This document shows positions 1 to 14,605 of a stretch of DNA of 64,000 nucleotides, piece by piece. The position numbers and the translations under genes are program-made. The notes beneath the pieces were generated by a model. It was given only the letters and a program-made list of their open reading frames with translations, was not told the origin of the DNA and did no database searches. This stretch comes from the human T2T-CHM13v2.0 reference genome, Homo sapiens, in the NCBI RefSeq assembly GCF_009914755.1, contig NC_060932.1; one strand, given 5' to 3'. The stretch's first letter is position 1; every line of letters starts with the position of its first letter.

Positions 1-147
1 AGCTGGGTGCAGCGGCACTCGCCTGTACTCCCAGCTACTTGCTGAGCTGAGACAGGAGGATTGCTTGAGCCAAAGAGGTTGAAGCTGCAGTGAGCCAAGA
101 TCGCAACACCACACTTCAGCCTGGGCAACAGAGAGAGACCTTGTCTC
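1..147 (+). mobile_element. Alu right arm (AluJ/FRAM-like), cut by window edge
   Basis: cctgtactcccagctact...gctgcagtgagccaagatcgc...cagcctgggcaacagag. Confidence 0.9.
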
Positions 148-270
148 GATTTTTTTTTTTTAATTAAAAACGAAACAAAACAAATCAATAAAAACCAGGG
201 CAATTTACAGTACCACATGGGATCTCTTGCCTTTCAGGCACTTTCACTTAAAAATAAGATTCATGAAAAG

Positions 271-561
<291 letters not shown>

Positions 562-951
562 TCATGAAAAGATACAATGTATTAAAATTACGCACACTTG
601 TGAGTAAATATATTAATCTTCAAAAGACTTATGAAACATAACTCAAAACTGATTTTGATGATTTTAAGAATCTTAGGTGCTTCAACTGGTCAGACCTACA
701 GCCGTAAATTCGCCAAGACATTATTTAATTTCACGCTAAGGAAAAAGTCTGACTCTACAGTCAGGAGATAACTCTGGCCTGACTTCAGCATTCTGAAAAT
801 CAATAGGATTCAATGACCAACACGGACCAACAAACCTACTATAGATAAGTCAATCAAAGCATACATCCTCTGATGGAATATCTTCATAATGAAATATAAT
901 GCAAATCATTTAAAAATGTTAAGACCAATTTACCAAGAAGAAAAATCTTAC

Positions 952-999
952 CAGTCTTTGATTTAACCGTTTATTTTCTTCTTCTTTCAATTGCAATGT
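952..999 (-). CDS. RB1CC1: RB1CC1 exon 20 (48 nt, aa 1465-1480, TLQLKEEENKRLNQRL)
   Basis: Acceptor cctgcag|ACA, donor CTG|gtaaga; phase 0-0. Confidence 0.95.
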
Positions 1000-2045
1000 C
1001 TGCAGGTGGAAAAAAGAGACCTGTGGTTTATCCTTGTACCTACTCAAATAAATCTAAACAGTGATTGTCAAAGTTTTCATCAGACAAAAATGTTTGGTTC
1101 GGGTATGAAAAGTTGATGGGGATATTATTTTCTATGAATTCTTTCCAAATGTTTTCATTATCTACTAGCTTAAATGAGAACCAGAGCAATTTTAGATACA
1201 TTTACCAAGGACTGTCAAACATTAATATGCGTTAGAAACACCTGTGGAATATATAAATATGTAGTAAAAATCTGAGATCTATCCCCAGAGACTTTGTTAA
1301 CTAAGTCGTGCCTAAGAGAATACATCTGGCATCTGTAACATACATCTCAGGTTATGCTGAGGTAGGAAATCACATAACCCTTTCATAATAGAAAACATGC
1401 TATATTCAAATGAAGTTGTACAATTCTGAATTTGGATTTTTATCAGACAATTACACTTGTAAAGAAAAAAAGGCATTGTTGAAAATCTTATAGGCCTAAA
1501 GAATGAAAAGTAATCTATGAACAATGATCTGCCAAATGTGTACCAATTTGATCTTATAGTACCCTTAATAAAGGAAACCCTTTATTATCAGTTTTTTCTT
1601 GTCCATTTCAATTCTTTATTTAAAACATAACTCCCTTCATTACTTATTTTTGTTTTTGCCAATTTCTAAAAAGTATTTAATACTTTGTTTTTGAAATAGA
1701 TGTTTAAAATTGCCATTCATGTTATTTTGCTGAATTCTCAACTATTAGGTAAAACTATTACTTTACACATTGATTTAATAAAAACTACCAACTTTTTCCT
1801 CTCATACAGACTTCATTCATTGGGAAATTACAACAAATGGGAGGGTTGAAATACTGTCAACTGTTTAGCTAGTAAGATCATAAAATGACAAGACTTCCCA
1901 AAACAGTGACCACAAAAATAAGTTAATCATAAAAAGGCTTAATTTATAAACACAAATAGTCTATTGTATGTTTCCAGAATGAAGTTTAACTGTATCCAAA
2001 AGTGAACATATTAAACATGGTACTTCAAGAAGATAATTTACTTAC

Positions 2046-2100
2046 TCGTTCTAACAGCATTATCCGCTGTTTTTCTTCAGACAACATATGAATATTTTCT
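2046..2100 (-). CDS. RB1CC1: RB1CC1 exon 19 (55 nt, ENIHMLSEEKQRIMLLER)
   Basis: Acceptor cttttag|AGAAAAT, donor CGA|gtaagt; phase 2-0. Confidence 0.95.
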
Positions 2101-3413
2101 CTAAAAGTGAGAATAATTGAGTTTCAGTTTGAAATTCTAAACTTTACATTCTTCAAGATTTTAGAAATTAAAATACTAATACAGATCACTTTAACAATTT
2201 AAGGGTTTTCATAAATTTTCAAAAGTAGCTTATTTCAGTTAGCATGTAATTTCAATGTTGTATATTCTCTGTAGCAGACCTAGATCTATAAACCTTTTGA
2301 AATAATAAGTAAAACTCTGTGTATGCATTTATCTAGAGATGTCTTTAAATTTCTTATTTTTCCCAGGCATTAAGAACCACTCTTCTTAATATTTGTGAGT
2401 GAATCCATGATAAAGTCGTAGTTCTTGAGTGGCTAAAGACTTCAGTAGATTTACTAAGTGGATGCTATGTACTCACTAGTTACTATGCCAGGTGTGAATT
2501 TGCCCAATACACTAAAACATCCAAAAACAAATTAGAAAATTTTAAAAAATGCTATAAAATTAGAAAAGAGAAAAACAATTATTATTTAGGTTTTAAAATT
2601 CATCTACAGGTATAATCCCCAAATTATATTTCAAGTAACTTGATGCAAGGCAGGTATTCTGTCTTCTTCAACATGCTACTTCTTTAGGAAGACGCTTTGC
2701 CTAATATAAGGTCATAAAGATTGACTTCTGTAAGAGTTTTATAATTTTAGCTTTTACACTTAAGTCTATGATCTATTTAAGTCAACCTGCGCATATGGTG
2801 AGGAAAGGGTCCAACTTCATCCTTTTGCATCAGAATATCCAGCTATGCTATCCCTGCACCATTTGCTGAAAAAGCTATTTCCTTCACGGAACCGTCTCAG
2901 CACCTTTAACCAAAATGCAAGGGTTCAACCGACCATGAATACGAGGGCTAATTTTGGACTCTCAATTCTATTCCACTGATACAGTCAGGCTAGCACTACA
3001 GTGTCTTATTACCCTTGCTTACAAATTTTAAGATTAGTCAAACAGTGTGAGACTTTGTTATTTTTCAAGATTGCTTTGGCTATTTTGGGACTCTTGCAAT
3101 TCCATATGAATTTTAGGATCAGCCTGCCCTTTTCTGCAACATAACACAGTTCAGATTACGATAAGAATTGTGTTGAACTGGCAGACCAATTTGGGGAGGG
3201 CTACCATCTTAAGGCGATTAAGTCTTCCAGTCAGTAAACACAGGATGCCCTACTGTCTTAACTTTTTTCCATGTTTTGTAATTTGTACAAGTATTGAACT
3301 TCTTTTGTTAAATCTATTCCTAAGTATTTTTACCTTTTTGATGCCATCAGAAAAGAAACTGTCTTTTAAATCTCATTTTTGGATGATTCATTGCTAGTAG
3401 AAAGAATGACAAT

Positions 3414-3533
3414 TTTTTAAGAGACAGGGTCTTGTTATGTCATCCCTGTTCACAAACCCCTAGGCTCAAGGGATCCTGCTGCCTCAGCCTCCTGAGTAGC
3501 TGGGACCACAGCTGTGCACCACCACAGCCAGCT
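3414..3533 (-). mobile_element. Alu monomer (FLAM/AluJ fragment)
   Basis: gagacagggtcttg...cctcagcctcctgagtagctgggaccacag. Confidence 0.85.
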
Positions 3534-3660
3534 CCAATTGATTTTTGCACACTGAACCTGTATCCTCCAACATTACTGAACTAGTTTGTTAATTACAGTA
3601 TTTTTTTAGAGGAGACCTTAGGATTTTCTCAATAAAAGATCAGGCTATGTATGCAAATAG

Positions 3661-4131
<471 letters not shown>

Positions 4132-6189
4132 TGAGTATGATGTTAATTGTGGGTTCTCACAGATGCCTTTCAATAGGTTGAGGAAGTCAATTCCTAGTTT
4201 GTTGAGTGTTTTTATGATGAAAGGCTGTTGGGTTTTGTCAAATGCTTTTTCTTCATCTATTGAGATAATCATGTGTTTTTCTGTCCTTTCATTCTACTGA
4301 TATAGTGTATGACATAAATTGACTTTTAGATGTTAAACCAACCTTGCATTTCTGAAATAAAGCCAATTGGAATTCCTTTTGTATTCTGCCAGACTGGATC
4401 TATTAGTATTTTGCCGATAATATTTGTGTCAATAGTTATAGAAGATGTATTTTCTTCTTTTGATATATTTGTCTGATTTGGTATTAGTATATAATACTGG
4501 CCTCAGAGGATAAGTTGGGAAGAGTTCTCTCCTATTTTTTAAAAGAGATTATAAAAAACTGGCATTATTTAAAAGTTTGGTTTTTATCTTTTATTTATTA
4601 AAAATATTAACCACCAGACTTCTGCTGTTTGTTTTCTGTTGTACTCAAGCTTTAAATTTCAATGTAATATTGATTATTGTTTTCCAAGTGCTCTCCTACT
4701 CTGATTTCAGAGTAGTCTTTTATTTTCTTTAAGAAACTCTGTAAGTTCAAAAAAAAATTTAGTCTTTACTACATCTATCATTTTGTTTATATATACAATG
4801 TAAAATATGGCTCACCTCTCACCAATAGATCAACAATGCCTCTAATGTCCCATTCTGAGGAGTCCATCCTTTTACCAAACTGATTTAAAATGCTACATGT
4901 AGATTTCCATATATATCCACTGGTTTGTTTCAAGATTACTAACTCTATTAATCTATTTGCCTGTGGCTATACCAATAATGTACTGCATTAAATACTATCT
5001 ATGTAGTTTAAGACTATATCTTAACACCTAGCAGGACAAATCTCTACTGTCTGATCTTTATTTAGAAATGCTATCAATTATTTTTACACATTTTTCAATA
5101 TGAATTCTAGCATCAAACATCACTTTTTAACCTAACATATTGTTAGAATTTTAATTGAGTAATAGATTAAATCACTGAATACATCTGAGGAGAAAAATGA
5201 TATCTTAATAATACTCCATTTCCATCTATCTTTCCACGTACAGCTTTCAGGCCTCTTCATAAAATTAGTTTTCTTCACGAAGTCTTGCGCATTTTTGTTA
5301 AATTAATTACAAGTAAGTTATTCCTTTAAATTTTTATTGGGATCTTTTATACATATTAAAGTCAGCTTTTGCTGGTAAATATGCAAACTACTCCTCTTTG
5401 GATATATCTATGATCTACACTCTGATGTACTCTGTTAATTCTAATATGTCTTTAGGTCTTTGTGGTTTGTAAAGGATACTGTCTGAAAATGAGGACAGAA
5501 AAAGTTGTTTCCAAATTTTATTTATTGTCTTGCTGAATAGCAATGGTGACAGCTGGCATTGTGTTCTTCCTGAATTTATGAAAAATACTTCTAAATGTTT
5601 CAATATGAAATACGATGCTTGCTATGTCTCTCCCATATACTTACAAATAAAAAGAAGTTCCCATCTACTCCTAGTTTGCTAAGGATTTTGTTAAATTATT
5701 AAATAAATGGGCACTGCATTATATCAATTGTCATTTCAGCTTCTACTGACATGACTCTATAAACCTTCTCAAGTAATCAGTGAGTATGGTTAGGTATTGT
5801 ACTGTTTAGTTATTACTCTGGCATTCCTAAAATACTCCACTGGGTCATGATGACTATATCATCATAAAACCACAAGGCATTTGATAAGCTAAAATTGTCT
5901 TCAGGATTCCTTGTATTTATAATTCACAGGTGAGATTAACTTGTATCATGTTCTCTGTAATTTTTAAAACTATAACTAAGGTTATGTCCCTCTTTTCATT
6001 ACATATATTTATTTGTACCTTCTATTTATCTCAATATCTACTAAACAACTTTTATTTTATTGTGGCTCATTTGTTTTTATTAATTCATTTAAAAATAAAG
6101 GAACTACACAGTTCTCTCAGAGTACCACTTTCGTCATATCTGTTTTTGATACTTTGGTTCTGAATAACTCAATTTTCATATTTATAAAA

Positions 6190-6533
6190 AAACCTACATA
6201 TGATCTGACTAATATGCAGAATCTTAAGTTTATCTCATGGAGGCAGAGAGCAGAATAGTGGTTACCAGAGGCTGGGGAGAGTACAGAGGAGAGGAGATGA
6301 GGAGAGGTTGGTCAACGGGTACAAAGCTACAGCCAGATAGGAGGAATAAGTTTTGGTGTTCAATAATGTACTGCGCTATCTCAAAATAGCTAGAAAAGAG
6401 CATTTTGAATGTTCTCACCATAAAGAAATGATAAACGTTTGAGGTGATGGATTACTCTAATTTGAATGTACACATGTAACTACATCACACTGTAAACCAT
6501 AAATATGTATAATTTATGTGTCAATCAAAAAAG
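6190..6533 (+). mobile_element. L1MA/MB-type 3' end
   Basis: gcagagagcagaatagtggttaccagaggctgggga...aaagaaatgataaacgtttgaggtgatgga. Confidence 0.8.
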
Positions 6534-7107
6534 CCTTAAATTCCTAAAGCTTTTTAAAGCCTTTTGCTTTGAATTGCTTTTATATTTTTCCCTTCTATAT
6601 CTTTCTGAATCATATTATAGTAAACTTTCTGTATCATTTGGCTCTAGGTACCTCTCCTATATGTAGAATGAAGTTGGATATATTTTTTTAAAGAGGTTTT
6701 CATACGGTGGTTCACTTTTTTCACACATGTCCGGACATATTTATGTCATTCATGTTTGCTAAATAACCATGTTTTCTTGATTTGCTTAACCATGTTTTCT
6801 TGATTTGCTTTTTTGAATTACTTTTTTTGTTCTATTTTATTTTTAATATACATTCTTAAGCCTTATACCTTTCAAAGTCTAAAGGTAACCAGTTTCTATT
6901 ATTTTCCTTTCAACCAGACAGAAACCTAAGTAATTTTATTTTTCAAAAACAAACAAACAAAAAACTCCCCTACCAAAGTTTCTCAAAGGTCAGGCAGATA
7001 ATGGGCTTATATGAAGATGCAACTAACTGCGTTCCTCTGAGTGGGCAGGGGTGGGGTACGAAGGACCCTGCACTTACTGGTTTCTTACTGTGTACCACAC
7101 CTTCTCA

Positions 7108-7456
<349 letters not shown>

Positions 7457-8381
7457 TATTAATGCCCAAAGCAACCCTGCTGGTGTATCATAACTGTTGT
7501 CTTGTTATCATAACTGTTATCTTGATGGAAAAATAAGGGATGATGACTTGCTCAAGTTCCCAAGCAGGTGCTAGACTCAGGACTTGAACCTGGATCTGTT
7601 TGAACGAGGGGACCACGCTGATTCTATGATATCTTTTGGTAATCACTTGTTCGAATTACTTCATCTCACATGGGGGTGTAGTGTTCACTGACCCACTGGG
7701 CATAATTCTTTGTGTGGCATAATGATCTGGACTTTCTGCCCTTGGAATCTCAGTTCCCATATCTGAAATCCCAGAGGTGCAACTAGAAATGCAAACTCTA
7801 CTTGCAACGTCCTTTGGAGAGGAGCACTTTCTCCTCCCAATTCTGTCTCTCCCATAGATATAATTGTAAGCACAATTTTAGTGGTCTTTCACTATATTCA
7901 AAGGAGAACTGGTAAGAAAGTTCTAAATTCCAGTAAGCTCTGCCACGATTTCAATGTAATGCAGTAAACATTTGCTATATATGAATAAACAAATAATAAT
8001 AATAATAATAAAAAACCCTTCCCTGCTTTTCCTCACCAAAATGAATATATTCATTACTACAATAACCCCTTTATAGGTAATGGACCCCAAAATGTCAACA
8101 TTCCCTGTAAATAAGAATGGCTCAATACTACTGCCATGATCCTTATCTTGGCAGTATGGGATAATTCTGGTGCACATACTTTGTATAGTATGAGAGTACC
8201 CCAAAATAATTCATTCAGTAATGTTTTCTCACACTTACAGTTTAAAGAATTAAAATAGCACAACTTTCAGATACATGGGCTGTGGACAACCAGTAATGCT
8301 AAAAATATTTCCTCTCTTCAGAGCTTTATAACTCATGGAATTGCAACAGCCTTAAAAACAGTTGAAAACAGCCATACTTAC

Positions 8382-8622
8382 TGTACAGACATCATGCTTG
8401 TCTCCATTGCTGAATCCACTCTTCCTTCATCTGCTGTTTCCACAGCGGATCTATCTGATTCACCTGGGAGTTCAGGTGCACAAGCTCCATAAAGTTCTGG
8501 GGCTGTAGCTACATATGGTGAAGGAACAAAACTGCTACTACGCAACTTACTGACTTCTTCTTCAAGCTTTTTCTTTTCCTCAAGCAAACGAGCTCGATCT
8601 TCAGAAAGTGACTCTATCAAAT
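8382..8622 (-). CDS. RB1CC1: RB1CC1 exon 18 (241 nt, DLIESLSEDRARLL...SMMSVQ), includes leucine-zipper-like segment
   Basis: ORF 8378..8620; acceptor ccttcag|AT, donor CA|gtaagt. Confidence 0.96.
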
Positions 8623-8734
8623 CTGAAGGACACCCAAATTTAAAAAAGTATCATGTAATTAAAAAAACCACTTTGCATGAATGTATCTTTTCCACTTTAA
8701 AAAATTAAAAAAAATAGTACAAAACAGTACAAAC

Positions 8735-8843
8735 CTTTATCCCGTTCTTGTTGCTGCATTGTACTTTTCAACTTATCACTAAGATCATTTATTATGTTTT
8801 CTTTTCTCATTTTCTCTCTTGTTAAAACAGTGTTAAAATTGGT
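8735..8843 (-). CDS. RB1CC1: RB1CC1 exon 17 (109 nt, TNFNTVLTREKMRKEN...QQQERDK)
   Basis: Acceptor gttccag|ACC, donor AAAG|gtttgt; frame joins exons 16 and 18. Confidence 0.95.
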
Positions 8844-9449
8844 CTGGAACAAGAGAATAATTATTTAAATTTATCTACATGTACTTAGCAGCTAGGACTT
8901 AGAAAATACACTTGCAAATATTCTTTTCTGTGGCACATTTGTACATGGAGATGATGGGGTATGATTCATGAAATGTTTTAAAAATGAAAATGTAACATAC
9001 TGTGGCAAAGGTTCTACTTTCTTGGTTCCAATTTAAGTCTCTTGAAAGCAAATCCTATTTTCTTATTATTGTCCATATATTTACTGTCAGAGATTTTGAA
9101 ATTTTGAAGAATTAGAAGCATCAATAACTTAGAGTGCTGTTAGACACTTACTTTTTTCCTGGAGTAATCATCCTGCCTCTGAAACCTTCCTTTTGTCTTT
9201 AGCATTTGATCACCACCCTAACATTTTAGATATGACTCTATCTTCCTTATTTCTCTTATTTGGATATCTGCAATGGTCACTGGAATGCTGATTTATATTG
9301 GCTAGACTTATTACTCCCCCACTTTTATAAACTCTACTATGAAGCTCACATATCCAACTGCCTGCATGGATCTCATGAGACAATCTGGCAATTTTAACTG
9401 CACAGTTTCTTTAATAAAGATGACTGAATCTGTATAAAAATTTTGCTTA

Positions 9450-9750
9450 GGCCGGACTTGGTGGCTCATGCCTGTAATCTCAGCACTTTGGGAGACTGAG
9501 GTGGGAGGACTGCTTGAGCCCAGGAGTTTGAGACCAGCCTGAGCAACACAAGATCGAGTCTCTACAAAAATTATCTGGGTGTGGTGGCACATGCCTGTAG
9601 TCCCAGCCATTCGGGAGGCTAAGGAGGGAGGACTGCTTGAGCCCAGGAGTTCCAGGTTATAGCATGCCATGATTGCACCACTGAATTCCAGCCTGAATGA
9701 CAGAGTAAGACCCTGTCTCTAAGAGGCAAAAAAAAAAAAAAAAAAAAAAA
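9450..9750 (+). mobile_element. AluJ-like
   Basis: ggaggactgcttgagcccaggagtt in both arms; poly(A) tail. Confidence 0.93.
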
Positions 9751-11732
9751 TTTACTTACAAGATTTCTGAGCTTCTTGAAATGTAAAAGCAATAGATGAA
9801 TGATGAAATGATCTAAACTGACTCTTCTCATCTGCCCAGCATTTCTAATTCCAAAATTTTAAGAGCTCTACGGTCCTTGGATCAATGAATAATGCTAACA
9901 ATGCTGGCAATAGGGAGATTTAGGAAAAGTAATACAGCATTTTTAATAAAATTTTAATAAATTCATTAAATATTTAATTAAATACAATTTCTGGCCACAA
10001 AGCATACAGGAAGATCTCTCAAAAAGAAACATTTATGATATGGCTTTGTATTAAGCCATCTCTATGTATTTTATTTATATATAGAAAATAAACACAAAAA
10101 CATATAAACCATTATGTTTATTTTCATGATTTTTGCCATTTCTGTAATTTGAAATGAATTTTTAGGAAGATCACAATTTGTAATTGGCATATGAAAAAAG
10201 GGGGCTAGTTAAGAACCAATTAGTTCCAACTCAGAAATCACCTATACAGAGCTAGGTACAAATAACCTTAAATAAATACAACTTAACATACACATCATGG
10301 AAAATTGGAAGGTACCTTAGAAGTCATTTCTCCCACTCTTATTTTATAAATATTAAAAGAGACATCAAAACATGAAGAAGTAAATTAGACAGCTGTCAAT
10401 ACTATACTTTTGGTTTCAGTTAATTCATTCTTTACTTAATTTTAGAAATTGTACATGTGCTTATAAGAGAACACACAAAGAGACAATGCAACACAAGGAG
10501 ATAAAGAGATCAATATGCAGAATGAATCATAGAGAAGAATCTATAAATCCAGATTCTTAGAGAGAGGTTACTACTGACCTCCTCATTGTTAATTCTTACT
10601 TAAAACTTGGCTATTCCTCCTCCCTGAACACTTAACTTTCCTTGGCTTCCCTTAAGCCACACACTTTTTTTTCTGGTTGTGCTTTTCTCATTCCCTCTTC
10701 CCAGGCTCTTCTTTCTTTCCCTAGGCCTTAAAAATCTAAAATTGTTAGAGGTTTCAACTATACTTTATTTTCTTTCTGTTCTCTGATTTACATTTTTTCA
10801 AATTCTACAAAGACACTAATTAATCATAACATTTTAGGAAAAGGAAAAATACCACATAATATTACATGTGTACAATAACCATAAATATGCAGTTTCAGAA
10901 ATGTATCCCTCAAAATGTATACCCCAAACTGCAATATTATCCCTGGCCTGAATTCTAGCAGTAGCTACCAAATTGCTCTTCCAGCTGACTGCTTTGCAGT
11001 TCTCCAATCTTTCTCCATGTTCCAGTGGGTGATCTTCATTAAGCATAAATCTAATTATGCCATTGTAATTAGTTGCTGTCCGGTACTTTAGGTAAAGTAC
11101 AAGCTCTCTAACAAGGCATCTGGTTTTTTATCTAACCCCAATATACTTCACAAGCACTACCTCTTACTATTGACCAACAACAGTAAGTACATTAACAAAA
11201 TTCAATAATATTCCATCTTAATCTACCACCAGCCTATCAGAAGGATAAGAATTACAGAAAGGGTAAGATATTTATGTTGATCTGAATGTAATTTAGGATA
11301 ACAAAGTTTAGAGAATTTGAAGCTTAGAGAAAAAATAAAATCATTTTTTAAATTAAAAACATCATTTCATAGAAAACTAATCTTAGTTCTCAAGAGGTTA
11401 AATGATCTACCCAAGATCACATAGGTAGCGAAGAAACCAGGAACAGAATTTACATTCCCTCGCTTCTAATCTAAGACTATCTCATTTTGAAGCACCTGGT
11501 ATTGTCATGTGACATGTTAACATGAAAAATATTATTCTCCAGATGAGTAAAAAAACTAAAAAAAATTCTTAAAAATACACGCTTTTGTCAAGAGGAAATT
11601 TATTAACAGGATCAATGTAAGGAACATCACATCTAAGATATAAGAAACCCTCAGCTACATAAAGAAATTATATTTGTTAATTTATGTCTACCTTCTTTAG
11701 TTCTCAAATGAAATGGGAAAAGAGATACAGAC

Positions 11733-11898
11733 CTGTTGTTCCGCAATCAAAGATGTTCGAACATTTTGCATTTCTTCATTCTTTCTTTTTTCTTGCTCTT
11801 CAAGTTGTTCTAGAAACTTAGCTTTTTCTTCCTGAAGCTTTTCTTGAAGTTCAGCAACTAAGCTTGAAGAATCTCCTCTGGTAGAGTCAATGGCAGGA
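11733..11898 (-). CDS. RB1CC1: RB1CC1 exon 16 (166 nt, SPAIDSTRGDSSSLVAELQEKL...IAEQQ)
   Basis: Acceptor tttgtaag|TCCT, donor CAG|gtctgt; phase 2-0. Confidence 0.95.
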
Positions 11899-12211
11899 CT
11901 TACAAATTAAATACAGCATTAAATTAAAAAAAAAATTACAGACACACAAATATACCAAATATCATATTTGGGAAATTTATCTTCCTTAAGCTCAATAATG
12001 TAGCATGAAAGATATCTGTGTGAACCCTCTCTTTGAATCTAAAAAGTAAAGGGAAATAAGTAAAAGTTTAATACAGATTAGATGCTGACACTAACAAGGT
12101 TTACTGATTTTTATCAGTATAGCAGATAAATTCCAGATAATTTGCTTATATCAACATACATAAAAATCAAGAGGCTGCTCTGCCCATGGAGTAGCCATTC
12201 TTTTATTCTTT

Positions 12212-12445
12212 GGCCGAGCTCTGTGGCTCACACCTGTAATCCTAGCACTTTGGGAGGCCCAGGCGGGAGGATCACTTGAGTCCAAGAGTTTGAGATCAGC
12301 CTGGCAACAAAGTGAGACCCCGTCTCTTAAACAAACAAACAAACAAACAACAAAAAAAAACAACAGCCAAGCACAGTGGTGCATGCTGAGGTAGGAGAAC
12401 TGCTTGAGCCCAGAAGTTCAAATCCTGCCTGGGCAACATAAGGAA
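12212..12445 (+). mobile_element. Alu left-arm monomer, (CAAA)n, then a second deleted Alu monomer
   Basis: Alu 5' head at 12212, (caaa)n at 12330-12365, then gctgaggtaggagaactgcttgagcccag. Confidence 0.85.
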
Positions 12446-14605
12446 AAAGTATTTTCTGGTAAGGGACTATACACATAAGAGATAGGTAAACTCAACTTCA
12501 AATGTCAGTTTTGCTATTCCTATACATGAAATTTACACAATGACTTAGGAAAAAAGAAACACCTAAAGATTGCATATGTTGAAATGCTTTAATTTCCATA
12601 AAATAGTCTTTGGTTCATTTCTGCTAGCAAGTAGGTAACACAAAGCTAAAACTGAAAAGCGCTTACACGAACAAATCTACATATTCCTGAACTCATACTC
12701 ATTTTCCTCAAGACTTACTAACCTCTTAGGGGTTGCTGACAAAGTGCTAGAGATGAGAATAGGACAATGTAAGAAGAAATGAACAAACACTGGTTAATGA
12801 TTAGTTTAACTTCTAATTAATAACTCATTAACTTCTAATTATAACTTCTAAGTATTAATCTTATCTACTTTCAACTTAATCCTTAGCATTAAAAAAAGGT
12901 TTCTCCAAGAAGCAGATGAAAAATCCCATTAGTATTAAAACATGCTAAGCCTCAAAAAGTTGCTGTTACTAAAAACCACTTTACCAGGTCAATTTTTAGG
13001 CTTAAATGTCCCTCTTTGTTTTTAAATGATATTTTAATGTTTTTGAAATCAGGGTGTGTTCTGCAATTAATATGGGCATGTATTTAAAATGTTCACTCTA
13101 CATGTTTCTTATGTAATTTCCTCATCTAATTATATGACAAGAATACACTATATCAATAATCATACAAAAAATTATTGGAATCCTTTTATTCATGCTTCCA
13201 AATTTCCTGATAAAAATCTAATAACTTAAACTTGCTGCTCAGATAACCTTTCCTCCAAAGGGATAGCTTTATACAGCCAAATGCAGAATATGCAGTTTGA
13301 AACATAATATCTCTATCAAAGTCTGAGACTCCTTACTTAGTTCCCAGAAAGGCTGGAATAGGAATCCCCTATTTCATAATATAGTTAATTAAAGGAAGGA
13401 ATATATATTCCATAATATAATTAATTAAGGCGAAGGATTTACTTTTAAAGTTTCTCCTTTGGGGCTGAAGAAGAGGGGGATGTGCAAGTTTAAACTACTC
13501 CATGGCTGGAAAACTGACATACTACATAAATCAAAGGCTTACTAAGGAACACAAAGAGACTTACAAAGAGACTCAGACTACTAATAATGAAGTGCTTGGG
13601 ATAAAAATAGGTATAGGCAGGGTTTACAAAGAATCCTGCTTGGCCGATTTCTTCCTTGAAGAAATCTCCACAGTTCTAAGGTAAGCTGAAACTTTTAGGA
13701 ATAAAAAATAAGGCCAGGTTTTAAGGAGGAAATCAAGAGAGCACTGAGGTTGGAGATGTGAAGGACAGATAGTGAACAGTAAAGGTTATGAATTTTATTG
13801 CAAGTACCATATAAAGTCATTGAAAGGTTTGGTCTAGAGAATGATATCGTGTGAATCTAGGCTTTGAAAAGACTATTGTGAGAAAGGATATTAGTAAGAA
13901 ATGTGGCACAGTAAAGAAGCCTGAAGGAGAGCTTTCAACATGATAAAGGATCCTAGAATTGTACTAGAAAAAGTGTGGTTCAAATTGTGCAAGAGAGGAA
14001 GGGGAGGCCATGCACAGGCAGTACTTATAATTTCTAGGTGTCCTGCATCTTTGGATTGCTTGGGGTACTCCATTTCAGGGTCAGTGCTGTGCTGAGATAA
14101 TACAGGGACAAGAGGACACAGTTCCAGGTACACAAACAGATATAGACACCCCTGACACTCTCTGTAAACACCATATCCCCAAAACCAGAATAAGAACACT
14201 AGATGATTAGCATAGGGTATCTCATTTACTGACTCAAAGTAAAAGCAAAGATTGCACAGGTTATGACATGAAAAATAATCATTATCCTGTACTGAAGACA
14301 GGTTTCTTGTGGCTGTATTAATCCGGCCAAAAGTACATACTATGCCATATTGTTTGAAGCTCCCATTAGAAAATGTTCCAAGTGACTATCCGCCACACAA
14401 CTTTAATTTTACATTACCCTAGGATCTGAAATGGCCCTGCTATCAGGGGAATTAACCCTAGCAATGAAAGGCTAACAGCTAAAATAGGTTTTGTGTTTTA
14501 ACTAGCATCACTGCCTAGCTTTCTATGGGGAGCAAGAAGCTGTGTAGAGGGGAGGGAGGTCATGAAGAAAAGGTTACAGCGTATCACAGTTCAGTTAGAA
14601 AAATA

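Noticed and set aside
7043-7056. G-rich motif gggcaggggtgggg as a G-quadruplex
   Set aside because: Only three G-runs of 3 or more; not a canonical G4.
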